Position numbers and translations under genes: made by a program
Origin: the human T2T-CHM13v2.0 reference genome, Homo sapiens
Length of the DNA stretch: 64,000 nt
Assembly (NCBI RefSeq): GCF_009914755.1
Contig: NC_060935.1
Strand: one strand, 5' to 3'
The notes under the pieces: model-generated
The model's input: only the letters and a program-made list of their open reading frames with translations
Database searches by the model: none
Told to the model about the DNA's origin: nothing
Shown: piece by piece, positions 13,500 to 27,600 of the stretch
Numbering within the stretch: position 1 is the first letter of the stretch
Layout: every line of letters starts with the position of its first letter

Positions 13500-13539
13500 T
13501 TCGATCAACTGGAAGAAAGGGTATCAGTGGTGGATTTCA

Positions 13540-15480
13540 TGTGATATCATTTTCCTTCTGCTTTCCGTACCTAATTCAACATTTCTCATAGTAATCTTCT
13601 ATGGTGAAAGAATCTTTCAGCTTTTTTATATCTTTTTTCTTTTTTGAGACAGGGTCTCACTCTGTCTATTTCTCAGGCTGGAGTGCAGTGATGCAATCCT
13701 GGCTAACTGCCACCTCTGTCTCCAGGCTCAGATGACCCACCCCGCTCAGCCTCCCAAGTACTAGGACTACAGGCATGCACCACCACGCCTGGCTTTTTTT
13801 TTTTTTTTTTTTTGAGATGGGTTTTTGCCATGTTGCCCAGGCTGGACTCAAACATCTGGGCCAAGCAATTCTCCCACCTCAGCCTCACAAATTGCTGGAA
13901 TTACAGGTATGAGCCACCATGCCCGGCCCCAGCTTTTTTATATCTTAAAAGTTCTTTATTTTGCCAGTCTTTTTGAATTTCCACAGGGTATATAATTCTA
14001 GGCTATCACGTTTTTCCTTTATTATTTTAAAAATGTTGCCTCACTCTCTTCTGGTTTGCATTTAGACAAGAAATAGGTAGTTTTCCTTATCTCTGTGTCT
14101 TTTTTTTTTTTTTTGTACTGTGTCTTTTTTTTTTTTTTTGCTGCTTTTAAGATTTTATTTTTATTACTGGCTTTGAGAAACTTGATTATGATGTACAAAA
14201 CTTGCTGTAGTTTTCTTCATATTTCTTGTGCTCAAGGTTGATTGAGATACTTGGATCTTCATGTTTATAGTTTTAATCACATTTGGAAAAAAGTTGGCCA
14301 TTGTTTTTTCAAACATCTTTTCTGGTTTTCCATTTCCTTTGAGGTCTCCAGTATTGTATATATCAGGATTTTGAAGTTCTCCCACTGCTACTGATGTTCT
14401 GTCCACTACTTTTTTTTGTTTGTTTTTCCCTCTGTTTTATTTTCAATGATTTCTGTTGATACTAATTATTAGTCTTTTATTCTACCATGTCTAATTCATC
14501 ATTAATCTCATGCAATATTTTACATCGTAGTCTTCGACTGTAGAAGTTTTTAAAAAGTATATGTGTCTAATTAACATGTTTATCTTTGATTTAGTTTTTT
14601 GAACAAGTGGTATAGTGCTATAAAAGAGCTATAGTAACTCTTTTAATGTCTTAGCCTATTATATTATCTGTGCTATCTCTGGTTTAATTTAAGTTGTTTG
14701 ATTTTTTTTCTCATTATTGAACACATTTTCCTTCTTCTCTACATACCTATTTAAAATTTTACTTCCTAACATTGTGAATTTTACCTGGTGGGTGCTGAGT
14801 ATCTGTTCTGCCTTGCAGTTAAATTACTTAAACATTTTATTATTTGGATATACCTTTTAAGCTTTTTTAGGGAAAAGGAGAACAAGAGCAACAGTTAATC
14901 TGTGGGTATTTTTGCCTTCTAATGAGACAAAAACCTTCAGAGTACTCTAGCTCACGTCTCATGGATTGTAAGGTTAACTCTGACAGATGGGAACCAAAAT
15001 ATTGTCACGTTGTATGATCTCTTGGGTTTTCTCTAATCTTTTCGGATGATGCTTTTCCCATCTTTGATTAGTTTTCTCAGATTCATGTGCTGCTCAGTAC
15101 GCAGCACCTCCTCAAGTGGGACTCTGTAGGTCCCTGGAATTCTTACTCTGTGCAGCCCTCTATCTTTCAGTACTCTGCCTTGCAAATTCTATCTACCTTG
15201 GCCTCCTTGGAACTCCAGCTCTATCTCTTTGACTCAGGAAGACCATTCCACTACCGTGCCTAAGTTCCTCTGTGTTGTAAACTTGAAACTTTCTCTAGGC
15301 TGTAAGCTAGGGTTATTGTATTACTTATCTCATTTGTGTCTTATCTCTCAGAGATCACTGTCATTTATTGCCTAATGTCCATTGTCTTGTGAACTGTTGT
15401 TCCATGCATTTTGTCTGTTCGTTTTTGTTTTGGGAAATAAAGTAAATCTCGCTTCTCTTCTTCTGTCTTAGTTAGAATCA
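13540..15480 (-). mobile_element. Old L1M ORF1/5' remnant (interrupted by AluJ)
   Basis: Minus ORF 14164-14406 (EKMFEKTMANFFPNVIKTINMKIQ) is degenerate ORF1p. Confidence 0.7.
13635..13928 (-). mobile_element. AluJ
   Basis: Diverged dimer with J-type features (gttgcccagg, long middle T-run); 17-bp TSD cagcttttttatatctt at 13618-13634 and 13930-13946. Confidence 0.9.
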
Positions 15481-15529
15481 ATGTCACAGGAGATTTTGAA
15501 TGCTTTTTCAAACCACTAATGGTACGAAT

Positions 15530-15929
15530 TGTCTCAGGTTGGGCTTTGTGGAAGCAGACATTGAGACATGCTTGGCATACAGGATATTTACAGGAATCAA
15601 TATCTGTAGAAGGAAGGAGGTGGAAACAGGATTGGGTAGATGGAGATTTCAAACTATGATGCAGGCCCAACATTATCTTGCCAATCCCATGGGGAGCTCT
15701 GAAAAATATAAATACTGTCCTGTGGTGAAGTGAAATGGTCAGGTCTTTATATCAACATGACAATCACTCATTGCTTGTGAAACAACCTGGTAATGTATCC
15801 TATTATGTAAGGTGGCTATCTGCAGCTGAAGCTAATTGTAACCTGATACAACTGACAGAGATTGTATAGTGCTCTGTAGCAACAGTCCTTGAAGGGAAAA
15901 TCTTAATGACACATCTCCATTTCCACCAC
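15530..15929 (-). mobile_element. LTR16-like ERVL LTR
   Basis: tgtctcaggttggg…gaagcagacattgagac…ccatggggagctctg…ccaccaca. Confidence 0.65.
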
Positions 15930-17160
15930 ATTGGTTACATGGAAATGCTATTCATGGTAAAGGCGGCACAGCAGAGCAGTAGTAAAAGAGATGAACTGTT
16001 CAAAAAGTTTTGCTGGGTTAATTAATCATATGTAAAAAAGAGTAAACTATTACCTATACCTCTTGCCACATACCTAAAAAGGATTCTTATTGGATTACAA
16101 ATATGAAAGTAAAAACAAAACAAAATAAAACGAAAAACAAACTTCTGAAAGATGACATACAAGAACATTTCACTGGAGAATGATTTTTGAAACAGAATAA
16201 AGAAAACAAAAATCACTAAGTAATATACAAAGTATGATACTGCAATTAAGAACTTTTTCATCAATGGATGAGACTCTAAAAAAACAAACTACGGAGTGAG
16301 CTAAATTATTTGTAACTGATAGACATTTGTATCAACACTGTACAAAGAACATTTACATAACAGTAATAGAAATCAGTAGGGGAAATAAAATTTTAATCAC
16401 CATCAAACATATGATCAGATGCTTGTCTCATTATTAATAAGTTGGAAAAAATGTCCTTTAAGATACCACCATACATTTATGTTTGGCTAAAGTTGAAAAT
16501 ATTGTACTTTAAGTGTTTCCAAGAAAGTACAACTACTGGTTCAGGTTAATTGGTAAAAATACTTTGTCAAATTTTGGCACTTTCTCATAATGATGAAGAT
16601 GAGCCTTTTCCAGACCCAGCTACACCTTTACATGTATATTAATGCACACACAAAGACACCCAGGAAATATGTACAAAGATGTTCAAAACAGCATTATTTA
16701 TAAAATCAAACACTGGAAATAATCTAAGCATTAATTAACTATAAAGGGCATGCATAAATTCTGGTATAACCATACAATGTAATACTATACAAAATTAAGA
16801 ACAAATGAATTACAGATACACGCAACAAAAATTGGTGAATTTCACAAGTATAATGTTGAGTAAAAAAAGCTAAAGAAAAAAATGCATTCAGCATAATTAC
16901 ATTTACATAAAGTTCAGAAAAAAGGCAACCATTAAATTTAAGAATACATACTATCATGGTAAACCCATATAGAAAATTTAAGAAATTATTACTACAAAAA
17001 AACAGGCTATGGTTACTTATGGGGAGGTGAGAGATTGTGGTAGGAAAGAGGAATGATTCTGAGGCACTGGCATATTCCATTTCTTTAGATCATGGATGTT
17101 CACTTTATGATTCATAAAGCAGTATGTTTATGTTTTATGTACGTTTCCATATTATTATTT
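15930..17160 (+). mobile_element. L1ME-type 3' end
   Basis: gtacaaagatgttcaaaacagcattatt…tttcacaagtataatgttgagtaaaaaaagc…cactttatgattcataaagc. Confidence 0.7.
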
Positions 17161-17246
17161 CCATATCACGGGAATCTGAGGCCTAGATTATTTAAATATT
17201 TTGAAATTTCCAGTGGCAACACACCTCTTAAATATTACAGCAGAAA

Positions 17247-17530
17247 GGCTGGGGGCGGTGGCTCACATCTGTAATCCCAGCATTTTGGAATGCCGAAGCA
17301 GGTGGATCCCCTGAGGTCAGGAGTTCAAGACCAGCCTGACCAACATGGTGAAATCCCATCTCTACTAAAAATACAAAAATTAGCTGGGGAGGGATGGGTG
17401 GTGGGTGCCTGTAATCCCAGCTACTCGGGAGGCTGAGGCAGGAGAATGGCTTGAACCCAGGAGGCGGAGTGCCATTGCACTCCAGCCTGGGCACCACAGT
17501 GAGACTCCGTCTCAAAAAAAAAAACAAGCA
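17247..17530 (+). mobile_element. AluS with ~20-bp right-arm deletion
   Basis: cctgaggtcaggagttcaagacc; gaggcggag|tgccattgcac junction; decayed TSD aaa(t/c)atta(c/t)agcagaaa. Confidence 0.9.
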
Positions 17531-18281
17531 AACATTATAGCAGAAAAATTTTATGCATAAAATTAGATTAAATAATCAAATTAGATACAGATTGTGGTGG
17601 ACTGTGTTAACTAGACAAAGAACTTGCAACTCTTATTTGCAGAGAAGGACCATTGGAAGCTGAATAGAAATAGGTAAACAACCAATTCATGTACCATCAT
17701 CCATCCAGCCTCCCAAGCCAGAGACATAGCATATCCAGCGATGAGCAGTCACCTTTCACCTTCCTTCATGATAAGTTGTGAATCTGGAATACCATGTAGG
17801 ATTAGTTACAGACCTAACCCGATGACCTACATACAGCAGGAAGTTCCAACCTCAGGGCTTAAAAAAAGACTTTATTTTGGTAAGCCATGTCATATTGAAC
17901 ACATACATTTATTGCCATTTTCTCCTCAGATTTCACCAAAATTATAGTGTAGGAATAAAAAAAAGTATATAAATCCACAAAGATAAAAGAGATTTAAATA
18001 GAAGACTGCAACAAATGATGTCAACTAAGTTTTGTTTTATTTTGTTTATTTTAATTGTCTTTATTTTGGTATATAGGAACTTTTGCATTTTTGTTTCAGT
18101 GGTTTTCTGTGTATTAATATCTTTATATAATTACCTCTTTCTTTTCTTACTTGGGCTTCTACTGTTCAGTTTGTCAGCTTTAACTGAGTGACCTTTAACT
18201 GCTTTCTACAGGACAATCAATGAGATTATTACATTGTTTTTCTTTCTTCCATCTTCTCTAATTTTTTTTTTACTTTGTCAG

Positions 18282-18636
18282 TGTATTAGTCTGTTCTCAT
18301 GCTGCTAATAAAGACATACGTGAGACTGGGTAATTTATAAAGGAAAGAGGTTTAATTGACTCGCACTTCCACATGGCTGTGGAGGCCTCACCATCATGGC
18401 TGAAAGTGAATGAGGAGCAAAGTCACCGCTTACATGATGGCAGGCAAGAGAACTTGTGCAGGGGAACTCCCATTTATAAAACCATCAGATCTCGTGAGAC
18501 TTATTCACTACCACAAGAACAGTATGGGGGAAACTGCCCCCATGATTCAATTATCTCCACTTGCCCCACCTTTGACATGTGGGGATTATTACAATTCACG
18601 GTGAGATTTGGGTGGGAACAGAGCAAAGCCATATTA
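18282..18636 (-). mobile_element. THE1 solo LTR
   Basis: tgtattagtctgttctcatgctgctaataaagacata…gccatatta; 5-bp TSD gtcag at 18277-18281 and 18637-18641. Confidence 0.92.
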
Positions 18637-20104
18637 GTCAGTAAATGTAGCATTTGTATAATAGTCTTCCACCCTTAAGCCCAGCTTTATTATGCATTTA
18701 TAGTTTAAATATATTTATTATATAAATTATTTAATATATGTATATATTAAATTGACCTAAATTTATAAGTATATATTAAATTGATCTAAATTTATTTATT
18801 CATTTATAACAAATATATTTAATAAATATGTTCACTGGTTGCCATCCATCTTTTGGCTGCAGTTTCCTCAGTCATTCTTTTGGTCATATAAGGCTTGTAC
18901 TCTAGTGGAGTCCTCAGAAATAGCCTATGAAAATAATATTCCTTGAGTTCTTACATGTTTAAAATAGCTTTTTCCAAAGGCCTGAAATGTGAAGGAGAGC
19001 TTGATATAAAATCCTTTATATACTTCTAGACATTTTTTAAAATGTTGCTTCACTATTATTTTGTTTTTTGTATTGCTTTCTGTAAAGGTTGTACATCTGA
19101 GATATGGTGAATGCTATTACAAATTCACTTAAGTAATTTTACATTGAAAATAAAAGTGTTTTATGAATATGAATATAATATGAATACTAATTTTGTTGGA
19201 GCACAGCAGGATGGTACAATGTTACGAAATTAAGAAATTTATGAAGCAGAAATATACTTGAGATTAGTGTTGGTGCATTATAATTTTGTTTAGTTAAACT
19301 ATGATAGTGTACTATTTAAAATATAACTCTGTCAGAATTTACAAATATTTTTGTATACCATAGAATGACTAAACTGAACTTTTTTTGTGATGAAGCCTAT
19401 GTTGAATTCCTTCCCTTCCTGAAAAACAAACAAACAAAACCTCAGTATGGCTGGACGTTTTCTTCTCTTTCTTCCTAGCATCAATCAAATTTTTAGGAAT
19501 GTACTAAATTTATTTCACTACTTTGTAAATCAACATAAACACTACTACTCTATTTCACTATTTTGTAAATCAACAAAATGGTATTGCATATTTTATAAAT
19601 GATTCTTCCAAAATTCAGTTGCATTTTCTTTTCAGAAGGAGCTGAACATCTTTAAACAAAACAGTTAATAAATTTACATTGCCAGAAAACCTTCAACTTT
19701 GGAAATTCTTAGAGAGTTGTGATTTTTAAAAATAAAGATTACAAATAAAAATACATTGAACTTTATCCCTACAAAGCAAGGAAAAAACTTAAATGGATAC
19801 AAAGAGTAGGAGGAACTAGAGATGACAAAGTTGTTATTAAAAAACATAAATATATATTTTTACTCTTTAGCACATGCCTGTGTGCACTCATGCAACCATA
19901 CACACAGTTATTTGAGGAATACAACTTTTCTAATGTTATTCATATTTGAGTTTCCTCTATAAACAGTAATCTTGATGGAAGTAATTTATTAAATTTTTAT
20001 ATCCAAATTGTGAAATACACTTTCTTATGATAAAATCTTATTTTTTTTTAACTTTTAAAATTTCCTTAATTGGTTTTAATAGCTTCATAAAAGAGCTGAA
20101 AAGT

Positions 20105-20718
<614 letters not shown>

Positions 20719-21981
20719 AACTGAAATATTTTGAAGCATAAGCATTTTTACTGAGAATCTTTTTTTTTTAGATTAAAGGTTCAGAAAATGAAATTAATCA
20801 TATTTCAGAATTTGATGGACTAAATGCTCTACTAATAACAAAAACAAGTTTACAGGCAGAGTGTTCGGAACCGTTGTTGATTAGGAAGAAGAATTTTTTT
20901 TGTGCAAAGATGGCTGGCATTTCCAAAAAAATTACATTTCCATTATTATCTAACATCCCAGCTTTTCTATACCATTTCAATTTTTATTAAACTTTAGTTT
21001 TTTAAATGGCGCATACAAGTGCTAAATGAATTGCTTTGTTCAGATTTAAATAAACTACCTACAGTTTTGAACTCTTTGACTGAATTTTTGTATATTTGTA
21101 GTATACTTTTCTATAATCCTATCAATACAGAAAGTTACTAAGACTTGTAGTTTCTACAAAATTTTATATGCGTGACCCTAACTTTGGAATATTCCAGACC
21201 ATATTTCTCAAAAAAGTCTATTTTAGAGAGAATTTCTCCTATATCTTCCTTCCAAATCAGTTTGTTATAGCGGGAAATAAGTTTTTAAGGAACATCAGGA
21301 CATATAAATCCACTCCATATATCTAACTAAAATGTGAACTCCTGGAAGGAAGAAATTTTTGTCTCTTTTTAAAACGATTATATCCTCCGTGTTTAGAGCA
21401 ATGACTGACATAAGGTAGGTACTCAGTAGATACTTGTTAAATCGAATAAATTAATATATAAGAACTCAATAATAGGAAAGGAGCTCAATAGGTATATTCA
21501 CAATGAAATCATCACTGAGGTTTTTCTTTAGCCTATAGAATTTGGAGCAAAATTGAACAAAAGCAAATTTCAGTAAGTTTAGAAATATTTATCTTACAAT
21601 TAACAAAACAGTATGACTAAATATATACACATAAAAAGTCCATGTAGAGTTAAAAGTAAGTTGGCATGAAAGCAGAAGAAGAAATGCTTTTTGATTTTTA
21701 AGGGTTAAGTTGAAGTTTCTTTTAAAATAATAAATAACATTATGGATAATTATAGGCTCAGTAAATACTACCAAGTTTAAACATTGGTATAAAAAGATAA
21801 ATAAATATTGTTTCTGTCCACAAGATGGCAGAAAAGATTTATTTTAGAATCAGTAAACAACCTGTCATTAAACCAAATAATGTGTATCTTAAAAAGCTAA
21901 TGTGTAAGAAATGCAATTTTTTTTTGTGGTTGTTCCTTAGAGGTAAAACTTCATCAGAAAGGTTCTATCATTGGTGCATAG

Positions 21982-22327
<346 letters not shown>

Positions 22328-22444
22328 TTATTTCATTTTTTAATATACATCCAGATTAATCTTAAATTAGAAATCTGAACATGTTACTCCCTAACTAAAA
22401 ATACTTTGATAATTCCTTAAACCACAAGGAATAAAGAATAATCC

Positions 22445-22765
<321 letters not shown>

Positions 22766-23093
22766 TCAACCAGTATCAGTAACCATGTTCTCTTTACAAG
22801 GCACTATGTATGTATCATGGGCACTAGCAATAGAAACACAAATAATTCACGAAGCTTTCCATTTTGAATATTATAAAGTTGTAAAGATATAGCTGCAAGA
22901 AAGCAATTACCTAGAGAATGGTTTGGGGACTGTGAAGGCACAAAACGATAAGGCTTAAGGGTAAATTCGACTATGGATCATCCAGGTCTGGAACTCAGGG
23001 AAAATACCTGGGCTTGAGAGGGCAGTTTAGAAATCATCAGCATATAAGTACAATTAAAGAGCTATAAGCATTAGTGGGTAATTTATTATTGAC

Positions 23094-23479
23094 TTATATG
23101 GTTTGGCTCTTATGTTCCCACCCAAATCTCATCTGGAATTATAATTACCACGTGTTGGGGGAGGGGCCTGATGGGAGGTGATTCAATCATGTGGCGGACT
23201 TCTCTCTTGCTGTACTTGTGAGAGTTAGTGAGTTCTCACGAGATCTGGTTGTTTGAAAGCGTGTAGCACTTCCTCCATCTCCCGGTCTCTTTCCTGTCCT
23301 GCCATGGTAAAGAAGTGCTTATTTCCCCTTCGCTTTCCACCACGAATATTTTTCCTGAGGCCTCCCAGTCATGCTTCCTGTTTTGCCTGCAGAACTGTGA
23401 GTTAATTACATCTCTTTTCTTCATAAATTACCCAGTCTCGGGTATTTCTTTACAGCAGTCTGAAAACGGAGTAATAACA
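23094..23479 (+). mobile_element. MSTA-type solo LTR
   Basis: tatatggtttggctc…cccacccaaatctcatc…gagtaataaca; TSD ttgac/ttgat. Confidence 0.88.
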
Positions 23480-23701
23480 TTGATTCTTAGAGTTATAAAT
23501 AATAATTACAAACATATTCAAGAGCTACAGAAATGATTAAAGTGAAGTTCACACAGATTATTTCCATTGCCTAACATTTTGACACACATGTATCATATAT
23601 ACACATACACATATATAATATACATATTGATATCTCACACTTATCTTACACATAAACACAACTTTTATGTGTACACTCTAAATATCTATGTATAATATAT
23701 C

Positions 23702-24245
23702 TGAGGCAGAAAAATAGGGAATTAGGATAGACAAGGGTTGAGGCATAAGTAAGCAAAGAATAGCAGGTGCAGCCCGTTCTAGGCAAAGGAATAGCAGGTG
23801 CAGCCAGTTCTAGGCAAAGGAATAGCAGGTGCAGCCAGTTCTAAGCAAAGGAATAGCAGGTGCAGCCAGTTCTAGGCAAGATTAGGCAGCATACAGGCCA
23901 CGTCTTCACTCCTGTGATTACAAGACAGAAGTTTCCATTTCAGCCTCTGTTGGGTTGCAGGCCCATCTTTCATAGGGTATAACCAACTGGAGGCCACTAA
24001 AGGGCACCTAGGGGTGTTGCCAAGTTATTTTGGCTTTATAAAAACCCTAATTGGAGAGGCTCTTGATCTGCTTGCTACAGCCGGCTCCCACTCTGTGAAT
24101 TGTTGTCAATAAATCTGTGCTTTCCTTGCTGCATTCTCCGGTTGCTTTGTCTTTCCTTGCTCTGTTCTTTTGTCACTTTGTTTCTGCATTTTGTTCAATT
24201 CTTTGTTCAACAGGGCAAGAACCTGGACAACTCTATCCAGTAACA
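23702..24245 (+). mobile_element. ERV1 solo LTR (MER84/MER51-group-like)
   Basis: tgaggcagaaaaatagggaattagg…ctttataaaa (TATA)…aataaa…ccagtaaca; 4-bp TSD tatc/tatt. Confidence 0.8.
23751..23879 (+). repeat. 31-bp minisatellite x4 inside the LTR
   Basis: Unit aggcaaaggaatagcaggtgcagccagttct starts at 23751 (30-bp variant), 23781, 23812 and 23843. Confidence 0.95.
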
Positions 24246-24649
24246 TATTTATGTATACATAATACATCATAAATAGTGCCATAATGTGCATCCTGTTTTT
24301 GAACTGCAATTCACTTAACAGTAACTCAGGAAGAGGGAGGTGGAGGACACAGCAAGTAAGACTGAAAAAGTATGGCCAGGAAGCTAAATAAGAATCTAGA
24401 GAATGAGGTCATGTAAGACAAGAATTGAAAGACTTTTCGGAATGGATAATTTATTGTCAAATGCTGCACAATTAAGAACCGAAACAAGAACTAAGAACTA
24501 TTGACTGGATTTGGCAATTAGACTGGATGTGACCTCTGCCAGAACAGCTTCAGTAGCATGGCAGGGTGGGAACCTGATTGCTGTGTTGAGACGCAAAGAG
24601 GGGGCGTTAGTAATCATGAACTGTTTCTATGAGAAAGTCCCTTTGAAAA

Positions 24650-27600
24650 GACAGGGGAAAAACATTCTCTTTTCTCCACAGCCTCATCAACGTTTGTTAT
24701 CTTTTGTCTTTTTAATAATAGTCATCCTAAAGGTGTAAGGTGATATTTTATGGTGGTTTGATTTGCATTTCCCTGATGATTAGAGATGTTGAGTACTTTT
24801 TCATATGCCTGTTCACCATCTGAATTTCTTCTTTTGATACGTGTTTATTTAAGTACTTTGCCGAATTTTTAATTCAGTTATTTATACTTTTGGTACTGAG
24901 TTGTATAAGTTCTTTATATATTTTGGGTATTAACTTCTTATTAGGTGAATGGTTTGCAAATGCTTTTTCCAATTCCATCAGTTGCCTTTTGATTTAGGTG
25001 ATTGCTTCCTTTGCTGTGCAGAACTTTTTAATTTCATGTAATACTGGATATCTATTTTTGCTTTTGTTGCCATATCCAAAAACATATTGCCAAGACCACT
25101 GTCAAAAAGCTTTTTCCCTATGTTTTCTTCTAGGAGTTTTACAGTTGCATGTTGTTTAAGTCTCTAATTCATTATAGATTGGTTTTTGTACGTGCGTGAT
25201 AGGGGTTCAATTTAATTTTTTTTTTTTGCATGTGGATAACCAGTTTTCCAAACACCAATTTTTTCTTTCTTAATAAACTATACCCATTATGTGTTCTTGG
25301 CACCCTAGTAGAAGATACATTGACCATAAATGTATGGGCTTATTTCTGGGCTCTCTAGTCTTTTCCACTGATTTAGATGTTTGTTTTTATGACAATACTG
25401 TACTGTTTTGATTACTATAGCTTTGTAATATGATTTGAAGTCAAGCAGTGTGATGCTTCTAGCTTTATTCTTCTTAAAATTGCTTTGGCTATTCAGGGTC
25501 TTTTGTAGTTCCATGCGAATTTTAGAATTGTTTTTTCTATTTCTGTATAAATTGCCATTGGGATTTTGATAAGGATGGCATTGAATCTGTAGATTGCTTT
25601 GGGTAGTGTGAACATTTTAACAATTTTAATTTTTCCAATCCATGAACACGGAACGTCTTTCTATTTGTGTCTTTTGAAAAATTTCTTTTGGTAATGTTTT
25701 ACAGTTTTCAGGGTACAGGTCTTTTATTTCTTAATTTCTAAGTATTTCCTTGTTGTTATTGTTGCTAATTTAAATGAGCTTGTTTCTTGGTTTTCCTTTT
25801 GGAAAGTTTGTTTTTAGTGTATAGAAACACCACTGATTTTTGTATGTTAACTTTGTATCCTGTAATTTTATTGACTTTTTAAGTTAGTTATAATAGTGTT
25901 TTGTGTAGAGTCTAGGGATTTCCAGGTATATGATCATATCATCTGCAGAAAAAGATGATTTTTCTTTTTCCCTTTCGATTTGGATACTTATTTTTTCTTC
26001 TTCTTCTTGCCTGATTGCTCTGGCTAGGACTTCCAGTACTATGCTGAATAGCTGTGGTGAGAGTTGGCATTCTTGCCTTCTTACAGATCTTAGAGAAAAA
26101 GCTTTCAGATTTTCCCCGTTGATTATTATGTTAGCTGTGCCTCTTTCATATATGTCATTTATTGTGCTGAGGAAAGTTTCTTTCATATCTGTTTTGTTGA
26201 TAGTTTTTATCTTAATGTTGAATTTGGTCCAATATTTTTTCTTGCATCTACTGAGATTATGTAGTTTATTCTTCTGTTAATTTAGTATATCACATTGATC
26301 GGTTCTTACATGTTGAACTGTCCTTGTATGTCAGGGATAAAATCTGCTTAGTCATGATATATGATTATTTTAATTCTTTTGCTAATATTTCATTGAAGAT
26401 TTTCACATTTATGGCCGTTGAGAATGTTGGCCTCCAGTTTTCTTTTTTGGTGTTGATTTTTTCTGGCTTTAGAATTGTGTTGTTAGCCTCATAAAATGAG
26501 CTTGAGAGTATTATCTCTTCTATTTTTTTGCAAGAGTTTAAGAAGGGTTTGTATTAGTTCTTTGAATATTTGGTAGAATTCACTCATGAAGCCTTCTCGT
26601 CCTCAGCTTTTCCTTGTTGGAAGGTTTTTTATTACTGATTCAATCTTCTTGTTTGTTATTGGTCTACTCAGCCTTTCTATTAGTTCTTAGTTCAGCATTA
26701 GTAGGTTTTATATTTCTATTGCTTATTTCTTTTAGATTGTCAAATTTGTTGGTGTATAATTATTCATCATAGTTGTTTAATATCATTTTTATTTCTGTGG
26801 CATTAATTGTAAAGCCTCCTTTTTCATTTCTGTGTTTTATAATTTGAGTTTTCTTTCCTTTTTTCTTAGTTTAGCTAAAAGTTTGTTAATTTTATCTTTA
26901 AAAAAACCAACTCTGTAATATTATTTTTTCTATTGTTTCTCTCTCTTATATTTTCTTTCTTTCTGCTCTGATCATTATTATTTTCTTCCTCCTGTTGCCT
27001 TTGTGTTTAGTTTGTTCCTTGAGTTATAAAGTTAGGTTGTTTAGTTAAGATATTTCATTTTTGATGTAGGCATTTAACACAATGAACTTCCCTCTTAGTA
27101 TATGGCTTTTGCTGAATTTCATAAGTTTAAATAAATTGTGTTTTCATTTTTGTCTCAAGATATTTAAAAAATTCCCCATTTGATTTTCTATTTTGCCCAG
27201 TGGTTGTTCAAAAGCTGTGGTTTAATTTCCACGTGTTTGAGAATTTTCTAGTTTTGTTTTTGTTATTTCTAATTTCATTCCACTGTGATCTGAGAAGACA
27301 CCTGATATGGTTTAAATCTTTTAAAACTTGTTGACTTGTTTTGTGATCTAACATATGACCTATTTAGGTTAATGTCCTATGTGTGCTTGAGAATAATTTG
27401 TATTCTGCTGCTGTTGGGGAAGAAGGTCTGTGTATATCTGTTAGGTCTCTTTGGTGTATAGTTTTGTTTAAATTAGCTGTTTCCTTATTGGAATTCTGCC
27501 TAGATGTTTTATCCATTATTGAAAGTGAGAGTATTGAAGTTTCCTATTATTATTGTATTATTGTCAATTTCTCCCTTTGGCTCTGTGCATGTTTATTTAA

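Larger units (their letters stand above)
12080..13529. mobile_element. 5'-inverted L1PA4/5-like insertion: minus-strand poly(A) and ~80 nt of 3' end (12080-12166) joined to plus-strand 5'UTR and ORF1 start (12167-13529)
   Basis: polyT + ttatactttaagtttt…ccatgttg, then tggcggaataggaacagctcc… to ggaagaaagggtatcagtg; TSD (a/g)tggattt at 12072-12079 and 13530-13537. Confidence 0.9.

Noticed and set aside
19511-19575. 25-bp direct repeat tatttcacta(c/t)tttgtaaatcaaca (similar 29-bp duplication at about 18740-18800)
   Set aside because: Simple local slippage duplications in AT-rich DNA; no further structure.
23751-23879. 31-bp repeats as a CRISPR-like array
   Set aside because: Head-to-tail units with no spacers, inside a human LTR.
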